Shown here: positions 41,898 to 50,491 of the stretch, one piece after another
Numbering within the stretch: the first letter of the stretch is position 1
How the letters are laid out: each line of letters starts with the position of its first letter
Origin: Alphaproteobacteria bacterium
GTDB lineage: Bacteria > Pseudomonadota > Alphaproteobacteria > Rs-D84 > CACZYB01
DNA length: 64,000 bases
Direction of reading: 5' to 3'
NCBI GenBank assembly: GCA_017938435.1
Contig: JAGBBO010000008.1
Location: forward strand, 143,344-207,343
The notes under the pieces: model-generated
Database searches by the model: none
Told to the model about the DNA's origin: nothing
Seen by the model: only the letters and a program-made list of their open reading frames with translations
Made by a program: the position numbers and the translations under genes

Positions 41898-42644
41898 ATG
41901 TTTACAAATAGGATTTTAACCTTTGCAATCTATTTTTCAACAGGTTTTTTTATTCCTGTTTTAAGTAGGTTTTTAATGAAATTTTATCCTTGCTCAATGC
42001 ATAGTTATTTTGGGGATATGTTAAAGTTTTACTTTAATAAAAATAAAATAAAAGTAAAACATTATAATAAAAAATATAATATATTGAAAAAACGGTATTT
42101 TTACAATAAATTATTATGGGGTTTTGGATATCTTTTACTATTCACTGCAATAGATTATTTAGCCCCAATTTATATAAATAAAAATTATCCTTTAACATTT
42201 CTTTTTATCATATTGTTTTTATTAGGTTTTTCTGCAAATATAGATTCTAGATGCAAAATAATCCCTGATATAATTACATTTCCTTTGTTAATGATTAGTA
42301 TTTTTATATCAGTTTATAACACAGAAAATAAAATTTTTTCGCCATTATTTATATCATCTTTTGATAGTATTTTCAGTGCAATAACTGGATATGTTTTATG
42401 TTTTACTTTAGCGTTAATATTTTACTTTAAAAACCCTTATTCATTTGGTGGCGGTGATGTAAAACTAATTTCTGCAATTTCAGCATTTATTGGTATAATA
42501 AATTTATCATGGATTTTATGTTTTTCATTTATTTTTTCTATAGTATTTTTATTGATAAAAAAAGAAAAATATTTAGCCCTAGCCCCTCTAGTTTTTGCAT
42601 CGTTTATCTTATGGCTATTTTTGAAAATTTTATATATTATATAA
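41898..42644 (+). CDS. A24-family aspartic (prepilin-type) peptidase, CpaA/PilD-like, with an N-terminal membrane extension
   Basis: 248 aa, polytopic. IPDIITFPLL (first catalytic Asp context) and GGGDVKL (second catalytic Asp, G-x-G-D-x-K). Confidence 0.7.
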   Translation: MFTNRILTFAIYFSTGFFIPVLSRFLMKFYPCSMHSYFGDMLKFYFNKNKIKVKHYNKKYNILKKRYFYNKLLWGFGYLLLFTAIDYLAPIYINKNYPLTFLFIILFLLGFSANIDSRCKIIPDIITFPLLMISIFISVYNTENKIFSPLFISSFDSIFSAITGYVLCFTLALIFYFKNPYSFGGGDVKLISAISAFIGIINLSWILCFSFIFSIVFLLIKKEKYLALAPLVFASFILWLFLKILYII

Positions 42645-42701
42645 AAACACTTTATTTTTACACTTTTTGTGATATACTCTTATAAGGAGAGAAAGTTAAA
42701 A

Positions 42702-43865
42702 GTGTTTAAGAAAGTATTGATTTCGTGGCTAGTTTTATCAATGGTATTCTTACCAGAGGTTTCTTTTGCTCAAAGACGCTTTTCTTCAAAATCAAAAAAA
42801 ATTACAGGAAAACAAAAAAAAGTTTCTCAAAACAATATCGATGTAGCTATAGAAAAAAATGAAAAAAGTCAAACACTTACTTGTGGAGAAAAATTCAATC
42901 TTTGTATGGATAATGTTTGTGTAAATAATTTTGGAATAAGAAGTAATTGTGATACTTCGATTGATAGTTTTGAAACAGTAGAAAAAGATGGCGAAAAATT
43001 CAGAATTGGTAATGATTTATACACTTTTGCAAGAGGTGTTTGTAATGATACTTTAAAATCTTGTGAACTTAAGGAAAGAAATCATATAGAAACTGTTTAT
43101 AAAGCCAAAATAAAAGAAGATACTTTAACAAAAAGTTATATTGATGCTATGAATGCTGCGTCTGATGAAACACAAAATTCCGTTCTTGAGGAATATATAG
43201 GGTGTATGGGACAATACTGTGGTGCCGCTTTTTCAAATTGTTTTACAATAAAAAATGTTGAAAGAAGAAGTCTAAATTGTTCCAATATCTTGGCAAAAAC
43301 AAGTAGACCGTTGACAGTTAAAAAAATGTTTTATGAAAAAATGGAAGAATTACGAGGAAATTTTTGCAAAAATTCCGGTGGTTATTTAGATTATAATTCA
43401 AGTATTTGTAATATAAAAGTTAGTTATGGTTCTCTTGAAAAAATAAAGGGCGAAGATGGAAAACCTTATTACACCGGAAAAATGGCAAAGGAAGCCGCAT
43501 CAAAATACTTTAAAGTTGGTGAAATTGTAGAGTGTACACAGGAATATTTCAACACAATGAATACCGAAAAGCCTTTTGCTTTGCGTGGAATTTTAGATAT
43601 TGCTATGGGTGCAGTAAAAGCTGTTGCTGGTGTTGCATTGATTGTTATAGGTGTTGTAGGAACTGTATTTTCTTGGGGTAGTGCAAGTGTAGAAACAGTT
43701 CCTATGATAATGAATGGCGCGTCATTGGTATGTAAAGGAGCTGCTTCGACTCTTAATGGTGCAGTAAAATTAAATACCGATGTAAGAAAAGAAAGTGGAT
43801 GTTTTATAAACGGAAATTTTGTATCAAATATGGGTGAATATTTTAAAGTTAATTTTATAAACTAA
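42702..43865 (+). CDS. Secreted Cys-rich protein with a glycine-zipper-like segment, paralog 1 of 4
   Basis: AAGGAGA SD 9 nt before a GTG start. MFKKVLISWLVLSMVFLPEVSFA|QRRFSSKSKKITGKQKK; LCMDNVC and GCMGQYC motifs; hydrophobic GAVKAVAGVALIVIGVVGTVFSWGSAS. Confidence 0.65.
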   Translation: MFKKVLISWLVLSMVFLPEVSFAQRRFSSKSKKITGKQKKVSQNNIDVAIEKNEKSQTLTCGEKFNLCMDNVCVNNFGIRSNCDTSIDSFETVEKDGEKFRIGNDLYTFARGVCNDTLKSCELKERNHIETVYKAKIKEDTLTKSYIDAMNAASDETQNSVLEEYIGCMGQYCGAAFSNCFTIKNVERRSLNCSNILAKTSRPLTVKKMFYEKMEELRGNFCKNSGGYLDYNSSICNIKVSYGSLEKIKGEDGKPYYTGKMAKEAASKYFKVGEIVECTQEYFNTMNTEKPFALRGILDIAMGAVKAVAGVALIVIGVVGTVFSWGSASVETVPMIMNGASLVCKGAASTLNGAVKLNTDVRKESGCFINGNFVSNMGEYFKVNFIN

Positions 43866-43879
43866 AGGTTTTATTGATT

Positions 43880-45184
43880 ATGTATAACTTATTGAAAAAA
43901 CAATATAATATTATAATAAAGTTAAGTTTGATTACAACTTTAACTATTGCTTTTTCTGAATATGTAAATGCTCAGAGAGGAAGTAATGCAAAAAGGAATG
44001 CTTCTTCTAAATCATCAAAAATAAAAAGAAATAGAAATCAAAACTCAACGACAAAAACAAGAACTTCAAATATTGAAAATACAAGTAAAGAGGCAATCCC
44101 TGATACATCAAATATAACAAAATATAATTGCGAAACTTTGTATAACAAATGTATGAATCAAACTTGTTATAAAGAAAGTAATGGTAGATGTGATTGCAAT
44201 AATACTTCTGTTTTTAATCAAGCCGATGAAAAATGTAAATACATATACAATGCTTGCCCAAATCTTGCTGACAACATTATTAGTATGTATAAAAGAAATG
44301 CAAAATCTGACTGTTCAAGTTTTGCAATTTCTGATATAAAAAATACAAATGTATCTATAACAAATATATTATCAAATCTTATCTCTTGTATGAAACCAAA
44401 GTGTAAATCCAAATCAAATGAATTTGTTGGTTGCTTTGATGAGGATAATTTTGAAAAAAAGTTTGAAGTATGTAAATCCACATATACTGGAGTTTCAGAT
44501 ATCGCATTACTAAAATCAATGTTTAAAAACAACCTTAACGAATACAAAAAGAAATATTGTGATGAAATATATGGAACTATAAAATCTGATGGCGAATGTT
44601 ATTTAAACATAGGTATTGGTGCATCATTTAAAACCATATCTAAGATAAAAGAATTTAAAGTTGGAGATCATGTGTCTTGCTCGGAAAGTGATTTTGGAAC
44701 AAAACTTAGTGAAAATAAATCGCAGAAGATTAGACATATAAAAGAAATAGTTTTAACAGGACTTGATTTTGTCCAAAAAGGTTTAAGTATTGCATCAAAA
44801 ATAGCAAGTGGGAAAAAAGAAGGTCACGGAAAAGAAGCTGAAAAAAAATATCTAACAGATGAAAATGGAAATAAAACAAATCAATTTATGGAAGTGTATA
44901 AAGGGTCTGGGGAATTGATTTCAACAAGAGATTGGAATGATAATTTAGAAATTGGACTTGAAGGATTTAACGCTCTTGCTGGAAGTCAACATTTAGCTGG
45001 TGCGATTATAGGTATTGACGCATTGAATAATCAAGATTTTTCGTATTCCGGTTATTGTTATGTTATAAAAGGAGATACCGTGAAAGAGTTATTTCCGGCT
45101 AGTGATGATTACTATTATAAACTTCGTTGGGGTGAAAATTGGACATCTAGTTCCTTTATAAAAGATGAAGGAGGCGAACAATGA
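43880..45184 (+). CDS. Secreted Cys-rich protein with a glycine-zipper-like segment, paralog 2 of 4
   Basis: Signal peptide ...AFSEYVNA|QRGSNAKRNASSKSSKIKRNRNQ; KCMNQTC and SCMKPKC motifs; FKVGDHVSCSESDFG block. An alternative TTG start is at 43874. Confidence 0.65.
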   Translation: MYNLLKKQYNIIIKLSLITTLTIAFSEYVNAQRGSNAKRNASSKSSKIKRNRNQNSTTKTRTSNIENTSKEAIPDTSNITKYNCETLYNKCMNQTCYKESNGRCDCNNTSVFNQADEKCKYIYNACPNLADNIISMYKRNAKSDCSSFAISDIKNTNVSITNILSNLISCMKPKCKSKSNEFVGCFDEDNFEKKFEVCKSTYTGVSDIALLKSMFKNNLNEYKKKYCDEIYGTIKSDGECYLNIGIGASFKTISKIKEFKVGDHVSCSESDFGTKLSENKSQKIRHIKEIVLTGLDFVQKGLSIASKIASGKKEGHGKEAEKKYLTDENGNKTNQFMEVYKGSGELISTRDWNDNLEIGLEGFNALAGSQHLAGAIIGIDALNNQDFSYSGYCYVIKGDTVKELFPASDDYYYKLRWGENWTSSSFIKDEGGEQ

Positions 45185-46743
45185 AAAAAGTCAGTTTTAT
45201 TGTCTTGTCATTATTGCTTTGCTTTGAAGTCGATGAAGTTGTTGCAAAAGCAAAAAGTATAAGAAAAGCCTCATCCAGACCTAATGGAAAACGAAGTGCA
45301 GGAAGAGCAAGTAAAAATATAGTCAGAGAAAACAATAAATCTAATGAAAAAACAGAAGAAACTTCTATACAAGAAGTAAAAACAGTATTAGATAGAGCAT
45401 CTTGCGATTCAGAATACACAAGATGTATGAATAAAATTTGTGCAAGCGAATCATTAGGCAAATGCGTTTGTTACGAAGATAGAACTTCAAATAGTCCTTT
45501 AACAAACTTCATAAACATTGATGGTATGAAAGTTAAACAAGGTTTTGAAACTTTTGAATATGCAAAAAGACAATGCACCGAAGTTTTAGATAAATGTATG
45601 GAAGATAGACGATCTGTTACTGAAAAATATAAAAATTTAGTTCAAAGAGATTGTCTTATGTTATCAAAAAACGAAGCAGAAAAAGCCAAAGGAATCGCAG
45701 GAGATTTGCAAGAATTAAAGACTTGTTTAAAAGATGCTTGTACCGTAAAAAATATTGAAGGTTTTGAAGATTTTTCATTTCCAGAATATAGTCTTTGTTT
45801 TAATGAAGCATATGCAAAATTTAGTATTGATGCTTATTGTTCAAACATTGTTGCAAAATCTTCATCTCCTCTTGGCTTAAAACAAATGTTCCTTGATGAA
45901 ATGGCTTTGGGTAGAGAGCGTTCATGTAAAATTATGAATGGCATATTATCAAATGACCGAAAAAAGTGTTATGTAACTGTGGAATATGGAAAAAACAAAG
46001 ATATAATAAAAGCATCAAAGAAACTTGCCGTGGGTGAATATATGACTTGTGCCGCAGATGCATTCGATGCAAAACAATCCGATTCGTGGGAGAAAAAACA
46101 AAAAGATGTAAATAATGTGCTATCCCTTACAGCATCAGGATTTAATGCTGCCGGCGCTGTATTAAGTATTGCAGGGTCAACAGATCCTATTGGAGGATTA
46201 GTTTCATCAGGTATTGATATTGCGGAAGCCGGTGCAAATTTAGGACTTGATGTAAAAGATTTTGCGGATGGAAAAATAGATAACAAATCCATGGCGACAT
46301 CAACAATAAGTAATGTTATGTCTATCACATTAAGTTCTGTATCTTTTGCAAAGGGGGTTAAAGCTGCTGGTGATACGATGAAAACAGCTAAAACACTAGG
46401 AAATGCTGGAGTAAACACTGCTAATTTAGTCAATAATGCAGATGGTACATTTACTGAACTTTCAAAAGCGGGGACAAATTTAAAAAACACACAAAATGCA
46501 CTTAATGCCGCAAATATAGCAACTACTGTCGCTATACAAGCTACTGATACAACTATGGAAAATATAGCTGATAAAGCTCAAATGCAAGATGAAAAAGATG
46601 CAATTATAAAATATGCCGAAGTTGATCGAGCATCCGGTCGTGGTGTTGTAAATCAAACACTTTCTGAAAAAGGAAATTGCTTTTTAAATAAAGAATGGTT
46701 TGCAACAGAAAATGAAATAATTATGCTTTTGTGGAAAAATTAA
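45181..46743 (+). CDS. Secreted Cys-rich protein with a glycine-zipper-like segment, paralog 3 of 4
   Basis: GAAGGAGG SD; ATGA overlap with paralog 2. ...EVVA|KAKSIRKASSRPNGKRSAGRASK; RCMNKIC and TCLKDAC; YCSNIVAKSSSPLGLKQMF block shared with paralog 1. Long Gly/Ala/Ser/Asn-rich C-terminal half. Confidence 0.7.
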   Translation: MKKVSFIVLSLLLCFEVDEVVAKAKSIRKASSRPNGKRSAGRASKNIVRENNKSNEKTEETSIQEVKTVLDRASCDSEYTRCMNKICASESLGKCVCYEDRTSNSPLTNFINIDGMKVKQGFETFEYAKRQCTEVLDKCMEDRRSVTEKYKNLVQRDCLMLSKNEAEKAKGIAGDLQELKTCLKDACTVKNIEGFEDFSFPEYSLCFNEAYAKFSIDAYCSNIVAKSSSPLGLKQMFLDEMALGRERSCKIMNGILSNDRKKCYVTVEYGKNKDIIKASKKLAVGEYMTCAADAFDAKQSDSWEKKQKDVNNVLSLTASGFNAAGAVLSIAGSTDPIGGLVSSGIDIAEAGANLGLDVKDFADGKIDNKSMATSTISNVMSITLSSVSFAKGVKAAGDTMKTAKTLGNAGVNTANLVNNADGTFTELSKAGTNLKNTQNALNAANIATTVAIQATDTTMENIADKAQMQDEKDAIIKYAEVDRASGRGVVNQTLSEKGNCFLNKEWFATENEIIMLLWKN

Positions 46744-46802
46744 AATAATGCTTTTATTTATAAAACAAATGTGATAAAATTTATTTTGATTTAGGAGAAA
46801 AT

Positions 46803-47939
46803 ATGTTTTGTTTGAGAAGAATTTTAGTTAGTATCTTGATTATTGCATATCCTTTGGCTTTGCAGTCTGATTATGCTTTGGCTAGAAGAACTTCTAAACG
46901 AGCATCAAAAAAGAGTTCTAAAAAGAAGACTAAAAGGGCTTCGAAATCTAAATCTATAGAAAAAGAAGAAATTTCTTCAGTTATAGAAGAAAGTGTTTCA
47001 AATGGTGGTATAGTGTCAGTTTCAACGACAGAAACGACAGCTACAACAACAACTACTACTCAAGCATCTTCAACAGCAAATGTTGCTACAGATACTTCCG
47101 CTTCTGATGAAATAGGAACTGTCGTTTCGGGTGAAATTCAAGACATGTCAAAAGATGAAAAATGGGAAGAATTTAGAATTTGTATGCAGACAAGTTGTGC
47201 AGGAAGTGATGAACAACCAAACAATGTTGAATGTTATAAAAGTTTGACTTTTGATAATGTGTTTATGAACTGTAAAATGTTGGTTGATGAAGATAAGCGT
47301 GAAGCTTTTCGTAACTACTTTACAGGTCCATTTATAAGAAATGAAAAGAAAACATTCTGTGAAGGTGATCTGTATGGCGGAAAGTTTGATGAAGTTTCTG
47401 GAAAATGTGCAATAACTGTTAAATACACAAGACCTGCATACAATGGACAAAAATTTCATTGTGCAAAGGAATCAAAATCTCTTACATGGTATATTGATAA
47501 CAGAAATTATGTTTGTGACGCAAGTTTGTTTAATGTGGAAAACTGTTATCAAGATAGTGAAAATTACACTTCTGCTAAAATAGAGGCTATTACTGGCTCA
47601 CTTCAACTTGTTGGTGCAGCTGCAACTGGTATCGTTGCTGGTATAAGTGCAGGAAAACAAATGGTTAATACTTCTGTAAAGACAGAAGGAACAACAACAA
47701 TAAATGCCGATGGAAGCAAAACAACGACAGCAACTGTTTATAATAAAGAGAAAGCTGGTGTTTTGGCAGGAGTGCAAGCTGGATTACAATCTAGTTCCGG
47801 ATTGCTTACAAGTGGTGCGAGTGATGTTGCTACTGCTATGATTTTAGCAAATGAGAAAGGAAAACAGATATTCGGTGTTTGCAATTTGCCAAATGGTGAA
47901 GTTATTCAGGAAGGTAACTCTATAAAACTTTCGTGGTAA
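46803..47939 (+). CDS. Secreted Cys-rich protein with a glycine-zipper-like segment, paralog 4 of 4 (shorter Cys domain, Thr-rich linker)
   Basis: AGGAG SD. ...DYALA|RRTSKRASKKSSKKKTKRASKSKS; ICMQTSC; GSLQLVGAAATGIVAGISAG...AGVLAGVQAGLQSSSG; ends ...KLSW. Confidence 0.65.
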   Translation: MFCLRRILVSILIIAYPLALQSDYALARRTSKRASKKSSKKKTKRASKSKSIEKEEISSVIEESVSNGGIVSVSTTETTATTTTTTQASSTANVATDTSASDEIGTVVSGEIQDMSKDEKWEEFRICMQTSCAGSDEQPNNVECYKSLTFDNVFMNCKMLVDEDKREAFRNYFTGPFIRNEKKTFCEGDLYGGKFDEVSGKCAITVKYTRPAYNGQKFHCAKESKSLTWYIDNRNYVCDASLFNVENCYQDSENYTSAKIEAITGSLQLVGAAATGIVAGISAGKQMVNTSVKTEGTTTINADGSKTTTATVYNKEKAGVLAGVQAGLQSSSGLLTSGASDVATAMILANEKGKQIFGVCNLPNGEVIQEGNSIKLSW

Positions 47940-48422
47940 TTATTTCTTGCTTATTTCTTCTTTTATTTTTGATTCAATAAATTTGAGAGTATGACGCATA
48001 AGATATTCAATTTTATTGTAATCCATATCTAAAATACCTGAACGTGCAGTAAATACGAAATCATACCCCTCTACCCTATATTTACGAATCAATTCACTAA
48101 CTGCATATTTTAAACGACGACGAATCAAATTTCTTTTATTTGCGCGTTTAGATGTGCTTTTTATAGAAACAGTAAATCCTACATGAATATTTCCATCATT
48201 AAAACGAGTTGGAGACCAATGCGTTATAAATGCAGGGTTCACAAATCTATTAGGATTATCCTGTGGTCGTTCAGAATTTTTATCGACAATCCCCTTTCGG
48301 ATCAAACGATTAAACCCACGACGCATAACGCCGACAGGGTTAATCCTATAAAAATCGAGTTTACGACTTTTAAGGAGTGCTATTTTAACTGGACTTGTTT
48401 TTTTTCTTAAAAATTTTACCAT
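47940..48422 (-). CDS. rnpA: RNase P protein component with an N-terminal extension
   Basis: ...VGFTVSIKSTSKRANKRNLIRRRLKYAVSEL matches the RnpA RNR-type basic motif. It lies directly downstream of rpmH. 160 aa is longer than typical. Confidence 0.75.
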   Translation of the reverse strand: MVKFLRKKTSPVKIALLKSRKLDFYRINPVGVMRRGFNRLIRKGIVDKNSERPQDNPNRFVNPAFITHWSPTRFNDGNIHVGFTVSIKSTSKRANKRNLIRRRLKYAVSELIRKYRVEGYDFVFTARSGILDMDYNKIEYLMRHTLKFIESKIKEEISKK

Positions 48423-48508
48423 AGGATAGATGATATCAAATATTTTATTTTTTTCAATAAAAAAGGGTCATGCAAAGATGACCCAATTTGATTTTGTGTT
48501 TAAAAGTA

Positions 48509-48655
48509 TTAGAATTCAACTTGAGCACAAAGGCGTTTTCTTCCTTTTGCGCGTCTTGCATTTAATACTTTTCTTCCGTTCAATGTTGCCATTCTAGCAC
48601 GGAAACCATGTCTTCTTGATCTTACAATTTTTGATGGTTGAAATGTTCTTTTCAT
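48509..48655 (-). CDS. rpmH: 50S ribosomal protein L34
   Basis: Not in the ORF track (<60 aa). Hand translation of the minus strand gives [48 protein letters not shown]. Confidence 0.92.
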   Translation of the reverse strand: MKRTFQPSKIVRSRRHGFRARMATLNGRKVLNARRAKGRKRLCAQVEF

Positions 48656-48732
48656 AATATTCACCTTTTAATGTTTAAAATAATGTGGCTATTTTATATG
48701 TAAATAACCGTAAAGTCAAGCATAAAATACTA

Positions 48733-48906
48733 TTATCTATGTTTTTCTTGTTCTTCAATGTATTTTTTAGCACAATCACCATACATAATCATATTACATT
48801 GAGTATGATCATCATTCCAAACAGGAATTCCACCTTCACCCAAAGCAGACAATGCAAAAAGATTTTCATACAATTCACAAACAGGATTATCTTTTGAAAT
48901 TTGCAT
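48733..48906 (-). CDS. Hypothetical 57-aa protein
   Basis: Hand translation gives MQISKDNPVCELYENLFALSALGEGGIPVWNDDHTQCNMIMYGDCAKKYIEEQEKHR. The start lies 5 nt after the stop of the upstream small ORF. Confidence 0.3.
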   Translation of the reverse strand: MQISKDNPVCELYENLFALSALGEGGIPVWNDDHTQCNMIMYGDCAKKYIEEQEKHR

Positions 48907-48911
48907 AAAAG

Positions 48912-49133
48912 TTATCTTCCTGTATTACCAGCAGGGAAAAACAAACTGCATGAATTACCATATTTTTGGGTTAAATTTTCAAAATCTGAAAAAGCATTCA
49001 CTTCATTTGATGAAAAAACTTCACCAGTTGCCATATTTACGATACGAACTGGCTCAATAACATCAATATCATTTTTTTTATCAATTTCTTTTATATAACT
49101 ATTAACATCTATTTTTTTAGAAATATTATTCAT
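48912..49133 (-). CDS. Hypothetical 73-aa protein
   Basis: GAGG SD 6 nt before the ATG of MNNISKKIDVNSY...; a TTGACT -35-like box lies upstream. Confidence 0.35.
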   Translation of the reverse strand: MNNISKKIDVNSYIKEIDKKNDIDVIEPVRIVNMATGEVFSSNEVNAFSDFENLTQKYGNSCSLFFPAGNTGR

Positions 49134-49215
49134 TGCTAACCTCACTTAATTTGACAAAATGTATCTCATTTATTAAAATAGTCAAGTATTATTTAGAAAT
49201 ATATATTGCAAATAC

Positions 49216-49518
49216 AAAAAAGGGACTTTTCTGTTGCTAGGAAAGTCCCAAACCCCACTTTAAGGGTTCTATATCCTTAAAGAATTTGGTTCGCTAAACT
49301 GCTATTAAGCAGCCATTGCGAAAGAACGATTATCATTTGCGTTCATTTTTTTTGACCCGATTGAAAGTCGGAATCATCACTTGATACACCTTAATCCTTT
49401 ATTGTATCCGTCGATGCTATTTTACCCCCGTATATCTTTTTGGTGGAGGTATGGGGTACCGCCCCCCAGTCCGAAATACCTATTCCAATTAAGATTTAGT
49501 ATCATAGTCATTACTGAC
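49216..49518 (-). ncRNA. ssrA: Two-piece (circularly permuted) tmRNA gene
   Basis: Read on the minus strand. The acceptor piece ends TGGGG-GGCGGTA-CCCCA (T-arm) + TACCTCC + A + CCA (CCA at 49443-49441). An 11-nt spacer follows. The coding piece starts GGGGGTAaaatagcATCGACGG at 49429. The acceptor stem GGGGGTA/TACCTCC contains a G3:U70 pair. The tag ORF GCA AAT GAT AAT CGT TCT TTC GCA ATG GCT GCT TAA encodes ANDNRSFAMAA (49340-49305). A terminator hairpin plus T6 ends the gene at 49250-49216. Confidence 0.9.
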
Positions 49519-49524
49519 GCTACT

Positions 49525-49553
49525 ATTATAAGCAAAAAACAAACTTTTTTCAA
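49525..49553 (-). promoter_or_regulatory. Promoter of ssrA
   Basis: Minus strand reads TTGAAA, a 17-nt spacer, then TATAAT. Confidence 0.7.
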
Positions 49554-49632
49554 GAGCAATTATTTCTCATCCTTTACTATTGGCTTTTGTAAAAAATTAT
49601 GGTATAATTATTGAAAAATTATGAGGGAAAAA

Positions 49633-50442
49633 ATGATTATTGAAAATATCAATGTAAAAGAAAATAATGTTGATGAGATAGTTAAAACATACAAACTTGA
49701 TCAAGATTTGCTTCTTGATGTTCAAGATTCAAGTGAAATTGCCCGATTTTTAGAAAAAAGTAATTATACCGAAGTTATCTTGAAATACCCTATTAAGGCC
49801 GAGGTTTCTACTCTTGGTGTTTACTTAACAAAGGATACAATGCTTTTACTTCACACTGATGATTTTCCTTATGAAATTGATGTTTCACACAAAACAACTT
49901 TACTTGTTCTTGTTGATATAATTGACAAGATTACAGAAAGTTATTTTAAACTTTTAAAAAGTGTTGATAAAAAAATAAAAAAGATAAAAAGTTCTTCGAA
50001 AACAAAGGTTAAAAACTCTAGTCTACTTTCTCTTTTTGAAATACAAAATGATTTGGATGAGTATGTTATGGGAATGAAAGGAAACCTTATAGTCATAGAA
50101 AAAATACTGCAAATTCTTCATGGAAATGAATTTGTAAGTGATGCAAAAATTGAAAATAATCAGGCATTGGAAACCGCCCTTTCCTATTCAAAAAATGTTT
50201 CAAATTTGAAAAGTACATTGGAAATTATTACTAACAATTTAACTAATAAAAGAATGGAATCTTTGACTATTGTTAATGTATCCGCACTTATTATCACAAG
50301 TATTTCTGGACTTTATGGAATGAATGTTCGTTTGCCATTTGCTGAAAGTTATAATGTGTTTTATTGGCTTTTGTTTGGTGGATTAGGACTGGCTATGACA
50401 ATAGGGTTTTATATAAAAAGAATTTTTGCTGATAAGAAATAA
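49633..50442 (+). CDS. CorA-like divalent-metal (Mg2+/Co2+) transporter
   Basis: The C-terminus has ISGLYGMNVRLPF (the GMN signature) between two TM helices. GAGGGA SD before this ATG; an alternative ATG is at 49621. Confidence 0.7.
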   Translation: MIIENINVKENNVDEIVKTYKLDQDLLLDVQDSSEIARFLEKSNYTEVILKYPIKAEVSTLGVYLTKDTMLLLHTDDFPYEIDVSHKTTLLVLVDIIDKITESYFKLLKSVDKKIKKIKSSSKTKVKNSSLLSLFEIQNDLDEYVMGMKGNLIVIEKILQILHGNEFVSDAKIENNQALETALSYSKNVSNLKSTLEIITNNLTNKRMESLTIVNVSALIITSISGLYGMNVRLPFAESYNVFYWLLFGGLGLAMTIGFYIKRIFADKK

Positions 50443-50476
50443 AAAAATCCCCACCAAAAATGATGGGGAATTTTTT
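50441..50476. terminator. Bidirectional terminator between the corA-like gene and the lipoprotein gene
   Basis: A7-TCCCCA-loop-TGGGGA-aT6. Confidence 0.7.
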
Positions 50477-50491
50477 AGAAATATTTGATTA

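Noticed and set aside
48685-48897. A 70-aa plus-strand ORF between rpmH and ssrA.
   Set aside because: It has a hydrophobic low-complexity translation and no SD. The minus strand carries a better-supported coupled pair of small ORFs.
49381-49614. A 77-aa plus-strand ORF.
   Set aside because: It overlaps the tmRNA gene and its promoter on the opposite strand. It starts at a non-ATG codon, has no SD and gives an implausible translation.
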